NCBI GenBank assembly: GCA_009845425.1
Contig: VXZQ01000001.1
Span: 101,303 to 165,302, forward strand
Source: Holophagales bacterium
GTDB taxonomy: Bacteria > Acidobacteriota > Thermoanaerobaculia > Multivoradales > Multivoraceae
Direction of reading: 5' to 3'
Length of the DNA: 64,000 nucleotides
Position 1 is the stretch's first letter. Every line of letters begins with the position of its first letter. This document shows positions 28,519-37,812 of this stretch, piece after piece. A model generated the notes under the pieces. That model searched no databases and had not been told where the DNA came from. It saw only the letters and a list, made by a program, of their open reading frames with translations. A program made the translations under genes and the position numbers.

Positions 28519-29649
28519 TCAGACGTTGGGCCGGGTCTGTCCTGGTTTGAGGCGGCCGGCGAAGATGACCAAGGGAACGAGTAGGGCCGCCAGAACCAGG
28601 CCGGGCGCGACGAAGGGAGGAAGGACCCAGATGCGGTTGCCGCCGGCGGAGCTTTCGTAGCTGGCGACGGGAGCAGCGCCCTCCTCCTGGAGGCGCTGGA
28701 CTCTCTCCATCGGGAAGGCGTGGCGCAGGCTGCCGTCGGGATTCCGAACTTCCTCCAGTACGGACGGGTAGTAGCGGTCGAGGATCGCCTGCTCGGCGGC
28801 GGCTGTGGCCCAGTCTTCGGCGTCGAAGGCTTCGTTGCGGGCCTGGACGTGCCAGGTGGCCTCGTTCAGGAAGTGATCCTGGATCTGCCAGGGCTGGAAG
28901 GGCGGCACCGGCGGCTGCTTCGCAGGCCAGCGGGTACGGCGGTCATCGTTCAGGTGCTCGAGCAGGCCGGCGGTGTAGTAGCTGCGGAAACTGCCGAGTT
29001 CCGGGTCCACGATGAGGCGGCCGAGGTTCGTGCGGTCAGCGAGGAGGAAAGAAGCGGTGACGAACCATAGCCACAGAACCGCGATCATCTTGCGTTCGGC
29101 GGTCGCGGGCGTCCGGAAGTCGAACCCGAAGAGGCCCGCCCCGAAGACGACCCCGCAACCTGCGGCCGAAGCGTTCAGCACGCAGTCGTAGAAGTCGCCG
29201 ACGCGGGTCCAGACCAGCCACTGGACAAACTCGTCGGCGAGCCCGACGAGCGAGGTCAGAACGACGGCAGAGAACGCCGCCGCGATGGCCGACCGACCGC
29301 CCCGGAGGAAGGCCCGGTACAGGAGCAGCGCGACGACGCCGTAGAGCACCAGGTGCATCCGCTCCAGGGCGGACTCTTCGGGACGGCCGCGTGCCAGGGC
29401 GGTCGCCTGCACGATGGCCCAGAGCGCGCCGGCGCCGAGCGCGGCGTAGTTGCGCCACCGGAGCCGCCGCGACACGCGCACGATCCAGACCACGAACGCC
29501 GCCGCCGCGCCCCAGAACAGGATCGTCGGCACGATCACGAGGAGCGAACGGTCCACCTCCTCCTGAATCCACCGGGTCAGCCGACCCAGGAAGGGCGCCG
29601 AGCCCACGATCCAAAGAGCGATCAGGGCAGGTGCCGAAAACCGACGCAT
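28519..29649 (-). CDS. VanZ-like domain membrane protein
   Basis: ERMHLVLYG...GLADEFVQWLVWTRVGDFYDCVLN VanZ-like motif; multiple TM helices; start moved to ATG 29649. Confidence 0.7.
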   Translation of the reverse strand: MRRFSAPALIALWIVGSAPFLGRLTRWIQEEVDRSLLVIVPTILFWGAAAAFVVWIVRVSRRLRWRNYAALGAGALWAIVQATALARGRPEESALERMHLVLYGVVALLLYRAFLRGGRSAIAAAFSAVVLTSLVGLADEFVQWLVWTRVGDFYDCVLNASAAGCGVVFGAGLFGFDFRTPATAERKMIAVLWLWFVTASFLLADRTNLGRLIVDPELGSFRSYYTAGLLEHLNDDRRTRWPAKQPPVPPFQPWQIQDHFLNEATWHVQARNEAFDAEDWATAAAEQAILDRYYPSVLEEVRNPDGSLRHAFPMERVQRLQEEGAAPVASYESSAGGNRIWVLPPFVAPGLVLAALLVPLVIFAGRLKPGQTRPNV

Positions 29650-29718
29650 TGACGAAAGGACGCTAGCAGCCCAGTGTCGACCGGGGTGTAGGCTCTTGGC
29701 AGGAGGTAGCGGGAGCAC

Positions 29719-30792
29719 ATGGCAGAGCCAGCGCGAATCGACGTTCACGGTACGGAAGGAGCCCCCCATCGTCGTCCCGTCTCGGCGAACAGCGGCGGCG
29801 ACCTGAGAGAGGCGCTCGACGACTTCCTCGAGCTGAAGGAGATGGTCGCGGCCCGGGAGGGTGATCGAGCCCTTCACGACCAGCCGCAGATGGTGAGTCG
29901 CTTCTACGATGTCGTCACCAAGTTCTATGAGTACGGCTGGGGCCAGTCGTTCCACTTCTCCCCACGACGGTCCGGCGAGAGCCTCCGGGACGCCGTCCGC
30001 CGTCACGAGATCAGCATCGGCGAACTCCTGTCCCTCGGGCCGGGAACGAAGGTCGCCGACATCGGATGCGGTGTCGCCGGGCCGCTGGTCACCATCGCGA
30101 GTTCCACCGGGGCCAGCATCACGGGGATCAACCTCAACGCGTACCAGATCGCGAGAGGCCAGCGATCGCTGCACCGCGCCGGCCTTCAGGAAACATGCGG
30201 TTTCCTGCTCGCCAGCTTCATGGACGTGCCCCTCGACGACGGCCATTTCGATGCCGCGTACTCGTTCGAATCGACCTGCCACGCGCCCGACAAGACCCTC
30301 TGCTTCAAGGAGCTCTACCGGCTGCTCAGGCCGGGAGGTGAACTCGCTCTGATCGACTGGTGCCTGACCGAGGACTTCGACGAGCACGACCCGGTCCATC
30401 GCGACATTCGGGACCGACTCGAGTTTGGAAACGCGACGCCCAACCTGCTCACGACCTCCAGCCAACTCGACCTCGTTCGGACCGTCGGATTCGAGATTCT
30501 CTCGAGCCGCGACCAGGCGCTTGAGTGCGACCCGGACGCTCCCTGGTACCGGTCGCTCCAGGGCCGTGACCTTTCGCTCGCGTCACTCGGGCGGATTCCC
30601 GCCGGCCGATGGTTTACTGCCAAGGCCACCAGCCTGCTGGAGCTGCTGCGCATCGCGCCCGCCGGCACCGGCGAGGCCGCCCGCATCCTGAACGTCGCGG
30701 CCGACTCCCTCGTCGAGGCCGGCGTGGCGGGAATCTTCACGCCGTCCTTCCTGATCCACGCGCGCAAACCGGACGGTTCGGTCTCCTCGTAG
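29719..30792 (+). CDS. Sterol 24-C-methyltransferase (ERG6/SMT)-like SAM-dependent methyltransferase
   Basis: SMT region I FYEYGWGQSFHFS, SAM motif ADIGCGVAGP, TGINLNAYQI, region III YSFESTCHAP, LRPGG, C-terminal GIFTP.....ARKP. Confidence 0.88.
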   Translation: MAEPARIDVHGTEGAPHRRPVSANSGGDLREALDDFLELKEMVAAREGDRALHDQPQMVSRFYDVVTKFYEYGWGQSFHFSPRRSGESLRDAVRRHEISIGELLSLGPGTKVADIGCGVAGPLVTIASSTGASITGINLNAYQIARGQRSLHRAGLQETCGFLLASFMDVPLDDGHFDAAYSFESTCHAPDKTLCFKELYRLLRPGGELALIDWCLTEDFDEHDPVHRDIRDRLEFGNATPNLLTTSSQLDLVRTVGFEILSSRDQALECDPDAPWYRSLQGRDLSLASLGRIPAGRWFTAKATSLLELLRIAPAGTGEAARILNVAADSLVEAGVAGIFTPSFLIHARKPDGSVSS

Positions 30793-30808
30793 CGGCTGAG
30801 AGTCCGTC

Positions 30809-31963
30809 ATGGGCTTGAGGACTCGCCGTTCAGGGCGCCGGGAACCCACCACATCCGACGACCTGCGTCTCGCCGGCTATCCCCATCCCTATCCGGACGG
30901 CTGGTACCGGCTCACGACTTCGAGGTCGCTACGGCGCGGGCAGATCCGCTACGTGGAGTGCCTCGGCCGCGCCGTGGTCGTGTGGCGGAGCAAAGACGGC
31001 GACGACGTGCACGCCATGCAGGCGTTCTGCCCCCACCTGGGCGCCAATCTCCGGCATGGCCGCGTCCGCGAGGACCGCATCGAGTGCCCGTTCCACAACT
31101 GGCAGTTCACCGGCGACGGCCGGGCGGCCCGCGTGCCCTACAGCGACAGCGTGCCGTCCCGCGTCGCGGCCGAGAGCTTCCCCGTCCAGGACGTGAACGG
31201 GCAGGTCTTCCTCTATCACCGGGCCGCCGGACCAAACCAGCGAGCCGGCGACGACGTCCCCTACCCGGTTCCCCGCATCCATGAGGTCGACGACGGCAGT
31301 TTCGTCTACCGCGGGCACCACGACGCTGGCCGCGTTCGCATGCACATCGTCGAGTTCCTCGAGAACACGGCCGACTTCGCCCACTTCAAGTACATCCACA
31401 GCCAGATGACGGTCCCATGGACGCAGATTCCCGTTCCCGGCGTCCAGCTCGAACACAGGCCGGGCTGGGAACTGGACGACGAGCGGCCCTGGAGGTTGTA
31501 CTTCCTGGACGAAACCGTGCTCAAGCTTCGCGGCCGCCGTCTCGAACGAACCCGGGCAAGCGCCCGGGTCACGTGCACCGGACCTGCCAGCATCATCAAC
31601 TTCCGGATCACGATCCCCGGCGCCGGCGACGTCGAGATCGTGCAGACCCACCTTCCGGTCGCGCCGCTCGAGCAGCAGGTCGACTTCCACTGGTTCGCCG
31701 ACCGCCGGATGCCGCGCCTGCTCGTGTGGTACGTCGTCGGCAACTGGATCTCCCAATGGCGGCACGACATCCAGATCTGGGAGAACAAGACCTACACGAC
31801 CCACCCGACCCTCTGCCGCGACGACGGGCCCGTCGTCCGGCTGCGGCGCTGGTACCGGCAGTTCTTTCCGGAGTGGCAGACGCCAGCCGTGCCGCCCGAG
31901 GCGCCGCCGAGCTCCCCGCGCGAGCGGGCCGAACGCCCGCTAGCCGGCGTCGCCTCGAACTGA
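30809..31963 (+). CDS. Rieske non-heme iron sterol oxygenase/desaturase (Neverland/DAF-36/KshA-like)
   Basis: PYPDGWY, Rieske CPHLG...CPFHNW, mononuclear Fe motif HIVEFLENTADFAHFKYIH, C-terminal DIQIWENK.Y...P.L...DGP...LRRWY.QF. Confidence 0.85.
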   Translation: MGLRTRRSGRREPTTSDDLRLAGYPHPYPDGWYRLTTSRSLRRGQIRYVECLGRAVVVWRSKDGDDVHAMQAFCPHLGANLRHGRVREDRIECPFHNWQFTGDGRAARVPYSDSVPSRVAAESFPVQDVNGQVFLYHRAAGPNQRAGDDVPYPVPRIHEVDDGSFVYRGHHDAGRVRMHIVEFLENTADFAHFKYIHSQMTVPWTQIPVPGVQLEHRPGWELDDERPWRLYFLDETVLKLRGRRLERTRASARVTCTGPASIINFRITIPGAGDVEIVQTHLPVAPLEQQVDFHWFADRRMPRLLVWYVVGNWISQWRHDIQIWENKTYTTHPTLCRDDGPVVRLRRWYRQFFPEWQTPAVPPEAPPSSPRERAERPLAGVASN

Positions 31964-31996
31964 CCGGACGCACCACCCGCTGCTAGCCTTTCGGCG

Positions 31997-33115
31997 ATGG
32001 TCGGCTACCGCTTGATCTGCATCCTGCTGGCCGGCATGGCGGCACCGGCGCCGGCCGCCGACCCGGAGTCGAGCCCGGTGGTCCGCATCGAACGCTGGAT
32101 CGAGGGCGGCGCCCGGGTCGACTGGTCCCGCCAGGGCGACTGGCTGGCCTACGACAAGGCCGGAGAGGACGGCCGCTACGACGTCTACATCACCTCCACC
32201 GACCTCCTGGCCGAGCGCTGCCTGACGTGCGACATGTACGCGCTGCGCAAGGACAACGCGATGAACCCCGCGTGGCACCCCTCGGGCGAGCGGCTCGTCG
32301 TGCAGGTCCAGAGCCACCCGAAGCGGCTCAGGTTCGTGGCCGATCCGCTGAGGCTCCTGACTCCCGACCGCGGCGTTCACAGCGAGTTCTACGACATCGA
32401 CCGCAGGGGCAAGCACTTCACCCTGCTCACCCGGTTCGCGGCCAGCGGCTCGGCGGTGCTCGACCCCCACTTCGCCTTCGACAGCGACCGACTGCTCTGG
32501 AGCGAGCGGATCAAGGCGCGCAAGGGACGCTACGGCGCCTGGCAACTGCGCAGCGCCCAGTTCCGGGTCAACCGCAGCGGCATCCCCAAGCTGCGCAGGG
32601 TGCGGACGCACGCCGCGCCGGTCGACGCGCTGATCGTCCCCCAGGGCTACACGCCCGACGATCGCGGCGCCCTGGTCGCGGCGAACCTGGAGCCTGGACA
32701 GTCGCCCGACACGCTCGACCTCTACCGGCTGCGCTTCGACGGCGGCGAGCCCGAACGCCTTACCCACTCCCGGAGCGGCGCCGACGAGTACGCCCGGCTG
32801 TCGCCCACCGGCCGGCACCTCGCCTTCACTTCGAACGCCGGGATCCGCGGCACCGAGCCCGATCAGATCGTGCCTTCCTCAGCTCGTCGCGAGCTGTGGC
32901 TGATGGACGCGGACGGCTCGAACAAGCGCCGGCTCACGTTCTTCAACGACCCGACCTCCGAGGACAGCCTCGGCCACACCTACGTCGGCGATCTGACCTG
33001 GAGTCCAACCGGCGACCAAATCGCCGTCCACGTCCTCTGGGGCGGCAGCCGCAACGGCGACCGCCCGCGCGAAGCGCTGTACCGTATCCACCTCGACCCG
33101 TCGTTCCGGCGCTAA
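31997..33115 (+). CDS. TolB-like (PD40) beta-propeller protein, secreted
   Basis: Signal peptide; repeats WSRQGDWLAY, PAWHPSGE, LSPTGRHLAF, LWLMDADGSNKRRLT, WSPTGDQIA. Confidence 0.8.
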   Translation: MVGYRLICILLAGMAAPAPAADPESSPVVRIERWIEGGARVDWSRQGDWLAYDKAGEDGRYDVYITSTDLLAERCLTCDMYALRKDNAMNPAWHPSGERLVVQVQSHPKRLRFVADPLRLLTPDRGVHSEFYDIDRRGKHFTLLTRFAASGSAVLDPHFAFDSDRLLWSERIKARKGRYGAWQLRSAQFRVNRSGIPKLRRVRTHAAPVDALIVPQGYTPDDRGALVAANLEPGQSPDTLDLYRLRFDGGEPERLTHSRSGADEYARLSPTGRHLAFTSNAGIRGTEPDQIVPSSARRELWLMDADGSNKRRLTFFNDPTSEDSLGHTYVGDLTWSPTGDQIAVHVLWGGSRNGDRPREALYRIHLDPSFRR

Positions 33116-33125
33116 GGAAACGCAT

Positions 33126-34475
33126 ATGAGAAAACGTCCCGCCTCGTTCCTGTTGGCCGTCGCGCCGGCGGCACTCCTTGCCGCCATGCCCGCCGCCGCG
33201 CAGGACGACCCCCACGTCTTCCGCGGCGCGCGGCTGCTGCCGATCAGTGGAGAGCCGATCGACAACGGCGTCCTCATCGTCCAGGGCGGCAGGATCACCG
33301 AGGTCGGCGGTGCCGACGCGCGCACGCCCCGCGGCGCCGTCGAGCACGACGTCAGCGGCAAGGTGCTGATGCCCGGGCTCGTCGACACCCACTCGCACAT
33401 CGGCTCGGTCTCCGGCGGCGACCGCTCCTCACCGCTGCATCCCGACGTGCGCAATCTGGACTCGATCGACATCGCCTCCGACAGCATCTGGCGCGCCCGC
33501 GCCGGCGGCATCACGACGGTCAACATGATGTCGGGGTCGGGCCACCTCATGTCCGGGCAGACCGTCTACGTCAAGCTCCGCGACGGCGCCCGAACGATCG
33601 AGGACTGGCTCTTCTGCGACGATCCGCTGACGGGTATCTGTGGCGGCCTCAAGATGGCGAACGGCACGAACTCCATCGGCCAGCCGCCCTTCCCCGGCAC
33701 CCGCGCCAAGTCCGCGGCCCTGGTCCGCAACCTCTACCACGAGGCCGTGGAGTACCGCGAGAAGATGGCCGCCGCCGAGGCCGAGGGGAACGCCGAAGGC
33801 GGCGACGGGCCGGCGAAGCGCGACCTGCGGATGGAGGCCCTGGTCGAGGTGCTCGACGGCAGGAGGATCGTCCAGCACCACACCCACCGCCACAACGACA
33901 TCGCCACCGTCCTGCGGCTCAAGGAGGAGTTCGGATTCCGGGTCGTCGCCCAGCACGGGACCGAGTCCTGGAAGGTCGCCGAGGAACTCGCAGCCGCGGA
34001 CGTGCCGGTGTCCATCACCTGGATCGACACGCCGGGCGGCAAGGAAGAGACGATGGGCTGGAACATGGAGATGGGAGCGATCCTGGAGCGGGCAGGCGTC
34101 GACGTCAGCTTCAACACGGACGACTCAGTCACCGATTCGCGCCTCCTCGCCCGGGGCGCCGCGATCGCGGTGCGCTACGGCATGTCGCGCGAGAAGGCGA
34201 TCGAGGGGCTGACCCTCGCCCCGGCGCGGGCGCTCGGGCTCGAGGATCGCGTCGGTTCGCTGGAGGTGGGCAAGGACGCCGACTTCGTCATCCTCTCCGG
34301 CGACCCGCTCAGCGTCTACACGAAGGTCGAACAGACCTGGGTCGAGGGGACGATGATCTACGACCGGGCGAACCCGGACCACCGCAAGTACGCCGTCGGC
34401 GGCTACAAGGTCTACACGACGACCGCCCACGAAGACGAGATGATGCGCCAGTTGCTGGAGAGGGAGTCGCATTGA
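33126..34475 (+). CDS. Amidohydrolase family protein, secreted
   Basis: MPGLVDTHSH, LKMANG, HTHR, QHG, NTDD, GSLEVGKDAD. Confidence 0.88.
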   Translation: MRKRPASFLLAVAPAALLAAMPAAAQDDPHVFRGARLLPISGEPIDNGVLIVQGGRITEVGGADARTPRGAVEHDVSGKVLMPGLVDTHSHIGSVSGGDRSSPLHPDVRNLDSIDIASDSIWRARAGGITTVNMMSGSGHLMSGQTVYVKLRDGARTIEDWLFCDDPLTGICGGLKMANGTNSIGQPPFPGTRAKSAALVRNLYHEAVEYREKMAAAEAEGNAEGGDGPAKRDLRMEALVEVLDGRRIVQHHTHRHNDIATVLRLKEEFGFRVVAQHGTESWKVAEELAAADVPVSITWIDTPGGKEETMGWNMEMGAILERAGVDVSFNTDDSVTDSRLLARGAAIAVRYGMSREKAIEGLTLAPARALGLEDRVGSLEVGKDADFVILSGDPLSVYTKVEQTWVEGTMIYDRANPDHRKYAVGGYKVYTTTAHEDEMMRQLLERESH

Positions 34476-35740
34476 AGAACGAAACAGCCCTCGCCGCCCT
34501 GCTCGTCGCCGCGACGACGGGCTCCGCAGTCGCCCAGGTCGCGGTCCGTGCCGGCACCCTCCACACCGTGTCCGGCGCGCCGATCGAGAACGCCGTCGTC
34601 ATCGCCGGCGCCGACGGCAAGATCGAATGGGTCGGCCCAGCGGCCGAGGCGGACATTCCGGACGGCGTTGACGTCCTCGAAGCCGCCGTCGTCACGCCCG
34701 GACTCGTCGACGCCCGCTCGGTCGTCGGCCTCTCCGGCGCCCTGAACAGCAACGTCGGCCCGGTGCGCGACCAGGACCAGCTCGAACGGTCGTCGCCGCT
34801 CCAGCCCGACCTGCGGGCGATCGACGCCTACGACGCGAACGAGACCCTGGTCGAGTGGGTCCGCTCGTACGGCGTCACGACACTCCACACGGGCCACGGC
34901 CCGGGGGCCCTGGTCAGCGGCCAGACGATGATCGCGAAGACCAGGGGCCGCAACGTCGAACAGGCCACCCTGATGCCGGTGCGGATGCTGGCGGCGACGC
35001 TCGGCAACGCGGTGTCCTCGAACTTCCAGTCGCCGGGGACGTCGGCCAAGGGCATCGCGATGCTCCGGTCCGCTCTTCACGGTGCCCAGTCCTACCTCGA
35101 CCAGGTGCGCAAGGCGGAGGAGGCCAGCGGCGACGAGAACGGAGACGGTGACGAGGACGGCGACGCCAAGCCCGCACCCCAGCCGCCGCCCAGGGACCTC
35201 TCCAAGGAAGCGCTCGGCCAGGTGCTCGACGGCGAACTCTCCCTGCTGGTCACCGCGAACACGGTGGCCGAGATGGCCTCGGCGCTCCGCCTGCAGCAGG
35301 AGTTCGGGTTCGACCTCGTGCTCGACAGCGCCGCCGAGTCCTACCTGCTGCTCGAGGAGATCCGCGAGGCCGGCGTGCCGGTCCTGCTCCACCCGACGAT
35401 GAGCCGGGTCCGCAACGGCTCCTACGAGACCGCCGCTACCCTCGCCGACGCCGGCATACCGTTCGCCATCCAGACCGGTTTCGAGGGCTACGTGCCCAAG
35501 ACGCGCGTCCTGCTCTGGGAGGCGGCCATCGCCGCCGCCAACGGCCTCGGCATGGAACGGGCGCTGGAGGCAATCACGCTGAGCCCGGCCCGCATTCTCG
35601 GCATCGACGACCGCGTCGGCTCGATCGAGGTCGGCAAGGACGCCGACCTCGCCCTCTTCGACGGCGACCCGTTCGAGTACACGAGCCACATCTGTGGCGT
35701 GATCATCGAGTCGGAGGTGATGTCGGCGGAGTGCCGGTAG
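34472..35740 (+). CDS. Amidohydrolase-family paralog lacking the HxH metal motif
   Basis: TPGLVDARS in place of DxHxH; GVTT; GSIEVGKDADL; overlaps the stop of the previous gene. Confidence 0.85.
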   Translation: MKNETALAALLVAATTGSAVAQVAVRAGTLHTVSGAPIENAVVIAGADGKIEWVGPAAEADIPDGVDVLEAAVVTPGLVDARSVVGLSGALNSNVGPVRDQDQLERSSPLQPDLRAIDAYDANETLVEWVRSYGVTTLHTGHGPGALVSGQTMIAKTRGRNVEQATLMPVRMLAATLGNAVSSNFQSPGTSAKGIAMLRSALHGAQSYLDQVRKAEEASGDENGDGDEDGDAKPAPQPPPRDLSKEALGQVLDGELSLLVTANTVAEMASALRLQQEFGFDLVLDSAAESYLLLEEIREAGVPVLLHPTMSRVRNGSYETAATLADAGIPFAIQTGFEGYVPKTRVLLWEAAIAAANGLGMERALEAITLSPARILGIDDRVGSIEVGKDADLALFDGDPFEYTSHICGVIIESEVMSAECR

Positions 35741-35757
35741 GCACTCGAGGAGGCACC

Positions 35758-36462
35758 ATGACGCGTTGGACGGAAGCGAGAATCGGCGGCTGGTCGCTGC
35801 TGTCCGGAACCGTGGCCGTGGCTGTCGGCTACGCGTTCTCACCCGGCCGGGGCATGGTGGATACCGTCCCCAGCACCAGCCTCGCGGACCTGACGCTGGC
35901 AATGGCGCGCAATGCCACGCTGTCCTACACCGTGGCGGTCGTCCTCGTCCTGGGCGCCCTGCTCATGCTGAACGGCATCCTGACGTTGCGGAGGTACACC
36001 GCCCCGGTGCCGCGGCTCGGCCTGCTCGGGATGGCCGCCGGCGCGGCCCTGCAGATGGTGATGCGCGGCTTCGACTACATGCTGATCGGCATGGGTGAGG
36101 CGGCGCTGGGGCCCGATCCGGAGCAGTCGGCGCAGTGGCTGGAGTCGGCGCTGGGTATGCAGCGCACGGTATGGGGTCTGCACTTCACGGGCAGCGTCGC
36201 CGGCTATGCCGGGATGGCGATTCTGGCCTTCGGCCTCATCTCCCGACCGGAGCCGCTGCGCCTGCCGCGGGTGCTCAATGGCATCGTCGCGGCGCTGGCA
36301 CTAGGCTCGCTGGTGCTGTTCATCGCCGCATGGCATTCGAACACGCTGGAACTGAGACTCGCTCCGGTGTTCGGGTTGATGTCCGCCAGCGGCATCGTCT
36401 ACATGGGCCTCCTGGGGTGGCGGTTGGCGCGATCTGAAGCGGGCGACCCGCCCACCGACTGA
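35758..36462 (+). CDS. Hypothetical multi-pass membrane protein
   Basis: GGAGG SD before ATG 35758; about six hydrophobic segments. Confidence 0.7.
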   Translation: MTRWTEARIGGWSLLSGTVAVAVGYAFSPGRGMVDTVPSTSLADLTLAMARNATLSYTVAVVLVLGALLMLNGILTLRRYTAPVPRLGLLGMAAGAALQMVMRGFDYMLIGMGEAALGPDPEQSAQWLESALGMQRTVWGLHFTGSVAGYAGMAILAFGLISRPEPLRLPRVLNGIVAALALGSLVLFIAAWHSNTLELRLAPVFGLMSASGIVYMGLLGWRLARSEAGDPPTD

Positions 36463-36471
36463 GCCACGGGC

Positions 36472-37812
36472 TTACTGGTTGTCACCCGCCGCCGGCTGCG
36501 GGAACTCCGGCAACCCGCGTTCGAACCACACGCCCGCCTGCATCACGCGGTCGATCTGCCTCGTGTTGCGGATGTCCGCCAGGGGGTCGGCCGAGAGCAG
36601 AACCAGGTCCGCGGCCATGCCTTCGGCGACCGAGCCGAAGTCCGGGTCGTCGGTGAGTTCAGCGGCCGCGGCGGCGCCGGCGGCCGCCAGGGCCTCGAGC
36701 GGCGTCAAGCCCGCATCCTCGACGAGGGTTTCCAGTTCATGGTGCGTGCCCCAGCCGTACGCGATGTTGCCGGCTCCGCTGTCCGAGCCGACTGTGATCG
36801 GGACTCCGGCTTCGTTCATCCGGCGGACGAATTTCGTCACGTAGTCGTAGGCGACGCGGCGCCTGGCGGTCGACTCGCTCTCCAGCATGGCGGCCCGGCT
36901 GTCGGAATCGAGCAGCCGCTCGAGCAGGGCTGGTTGAAGGCCGGCCCGGAACTCCTCGTCGTCGAGCAACTCCGGGTGCTCGGCAACCCACCAGAAGGTC
37001 TTGGCCTGGCCGAGAGCGGGCGCGAAGGTGAGCCCGTTCTCCTGCGCCATCGTCACGAACTCGTCGTCGACCTCCTGGTCGCGCACGCCGTGGACGAAGG
37101 AGCGCACACCGGCGTCGACGAGTTGCCAGACGTCGTCCTCGAAGAAGATGTGGGCCGAGACGGGGATGCCGTGCTCCGCGGCCTCGCCCGCGATGGCGGA
37201 GCGGATCTCCGGCTCGATCTTCGGCCGCGTGTCGAGGAAGGTGTCGACCCACATCTTGATCAGGTCGACTTCCCGGGCGGCAAGCTCGCGCACCATCTCG
37301 CGAGCTTCCTCTTCGCTGGCCGGACCCAGCTTGCCCGGCGGGAAGCCCTCGGGGTGCGTGAATCCCACTCCCGCAGTGAAGATGCGAGGGGCCGGCACGG
37401 TGCCGGCACGCGCCTCTCCGATCGTGGCGGGCGTCTGCCCGTGGTCGGAACCGAGGCTGCGGACGGTCAGCACGCCGGCGTGGAGCTGCAACGCCCAGGA
37501 CCACTCCTCCAGGCCGTCGCGGTAGTGGTTGTGGAGGTCGACGAGACCGGGGATCAGGAACTTGCCCGTGGCGTTGACGACTTCTCCGCCATCGGGCACC
37601 GGCACGTCGTCGCGCGAGCCGACATGTTCGATCCGGTCGCCGCGGACGATGACGACAGCGTCCTCGATCGGCTCGGCACCGGTGCCGTCGATCAGCGTGG
37701 CGCCGGCGATCGTGATCGTGCCGGTGCCGTCGATGGAGGGCTGGTCGCCGGCGCAGCCGACGAGAGCGGCTGACAGAACGATGGCGGCCGCGAAGATGGA
37801 CGCCCTCCTCAC
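36472..37812 (-). CDS. Amidohydrolase family lipoprotein
   Basis: GTG start overlapping the upstream TGA; lipobox LVGC; IPGLVDLHNH, IKMW, SAH, VHG, GSDS, ADLVLL..DPL.DI. Confidence 0.85.
   Translation of the reverse strand: MRRASIFAAAIVLSAALVGCAGDQPSIDGTGTITIAGATLIDGTGAEPIEDAVVIVRGDRIEHVGSRDDVPVPDGGEVVNATGKFLIPGLVDLHNHYRDGLEEWSWALQLHAGVLTVRSLGSDHGQTPATIGEARAGTVPAPRIFTAGVGFTHPEGFPPGKLGPASEEEAREMVRELAAREVDLIKMWVDTFLDTRPKIEPEIRSAIAGEAAEHGIPVSAHIFFEDDVWQLVDAGVRSFVHGVRDQEVDDEFVTMAQENGLTFAPALGQAKTFWWVAEHPELLDDEEFRAGLQPALLERLLDSDSRAAMLESESTARRRVAYDYVTKFVRRMNEAGVPITVGSDSGAGNIAYGWGTHHELETLVEDAGLTPLEALAAAGAAAAAELTDDPDFGSVAEGMAADLVLLSADPLADIRNTRQIDRVMQAGVWFERGLPEFPQPAAGDNQ

Noticed and set aside
29650-30465. 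N-terminal extension of the VanZ-like ORF overlapping the sterol methyltransferase
   Set aside because: It is antisense to the SMT gene. The likely start is ATG 29649, which has a -10-like box upstream.
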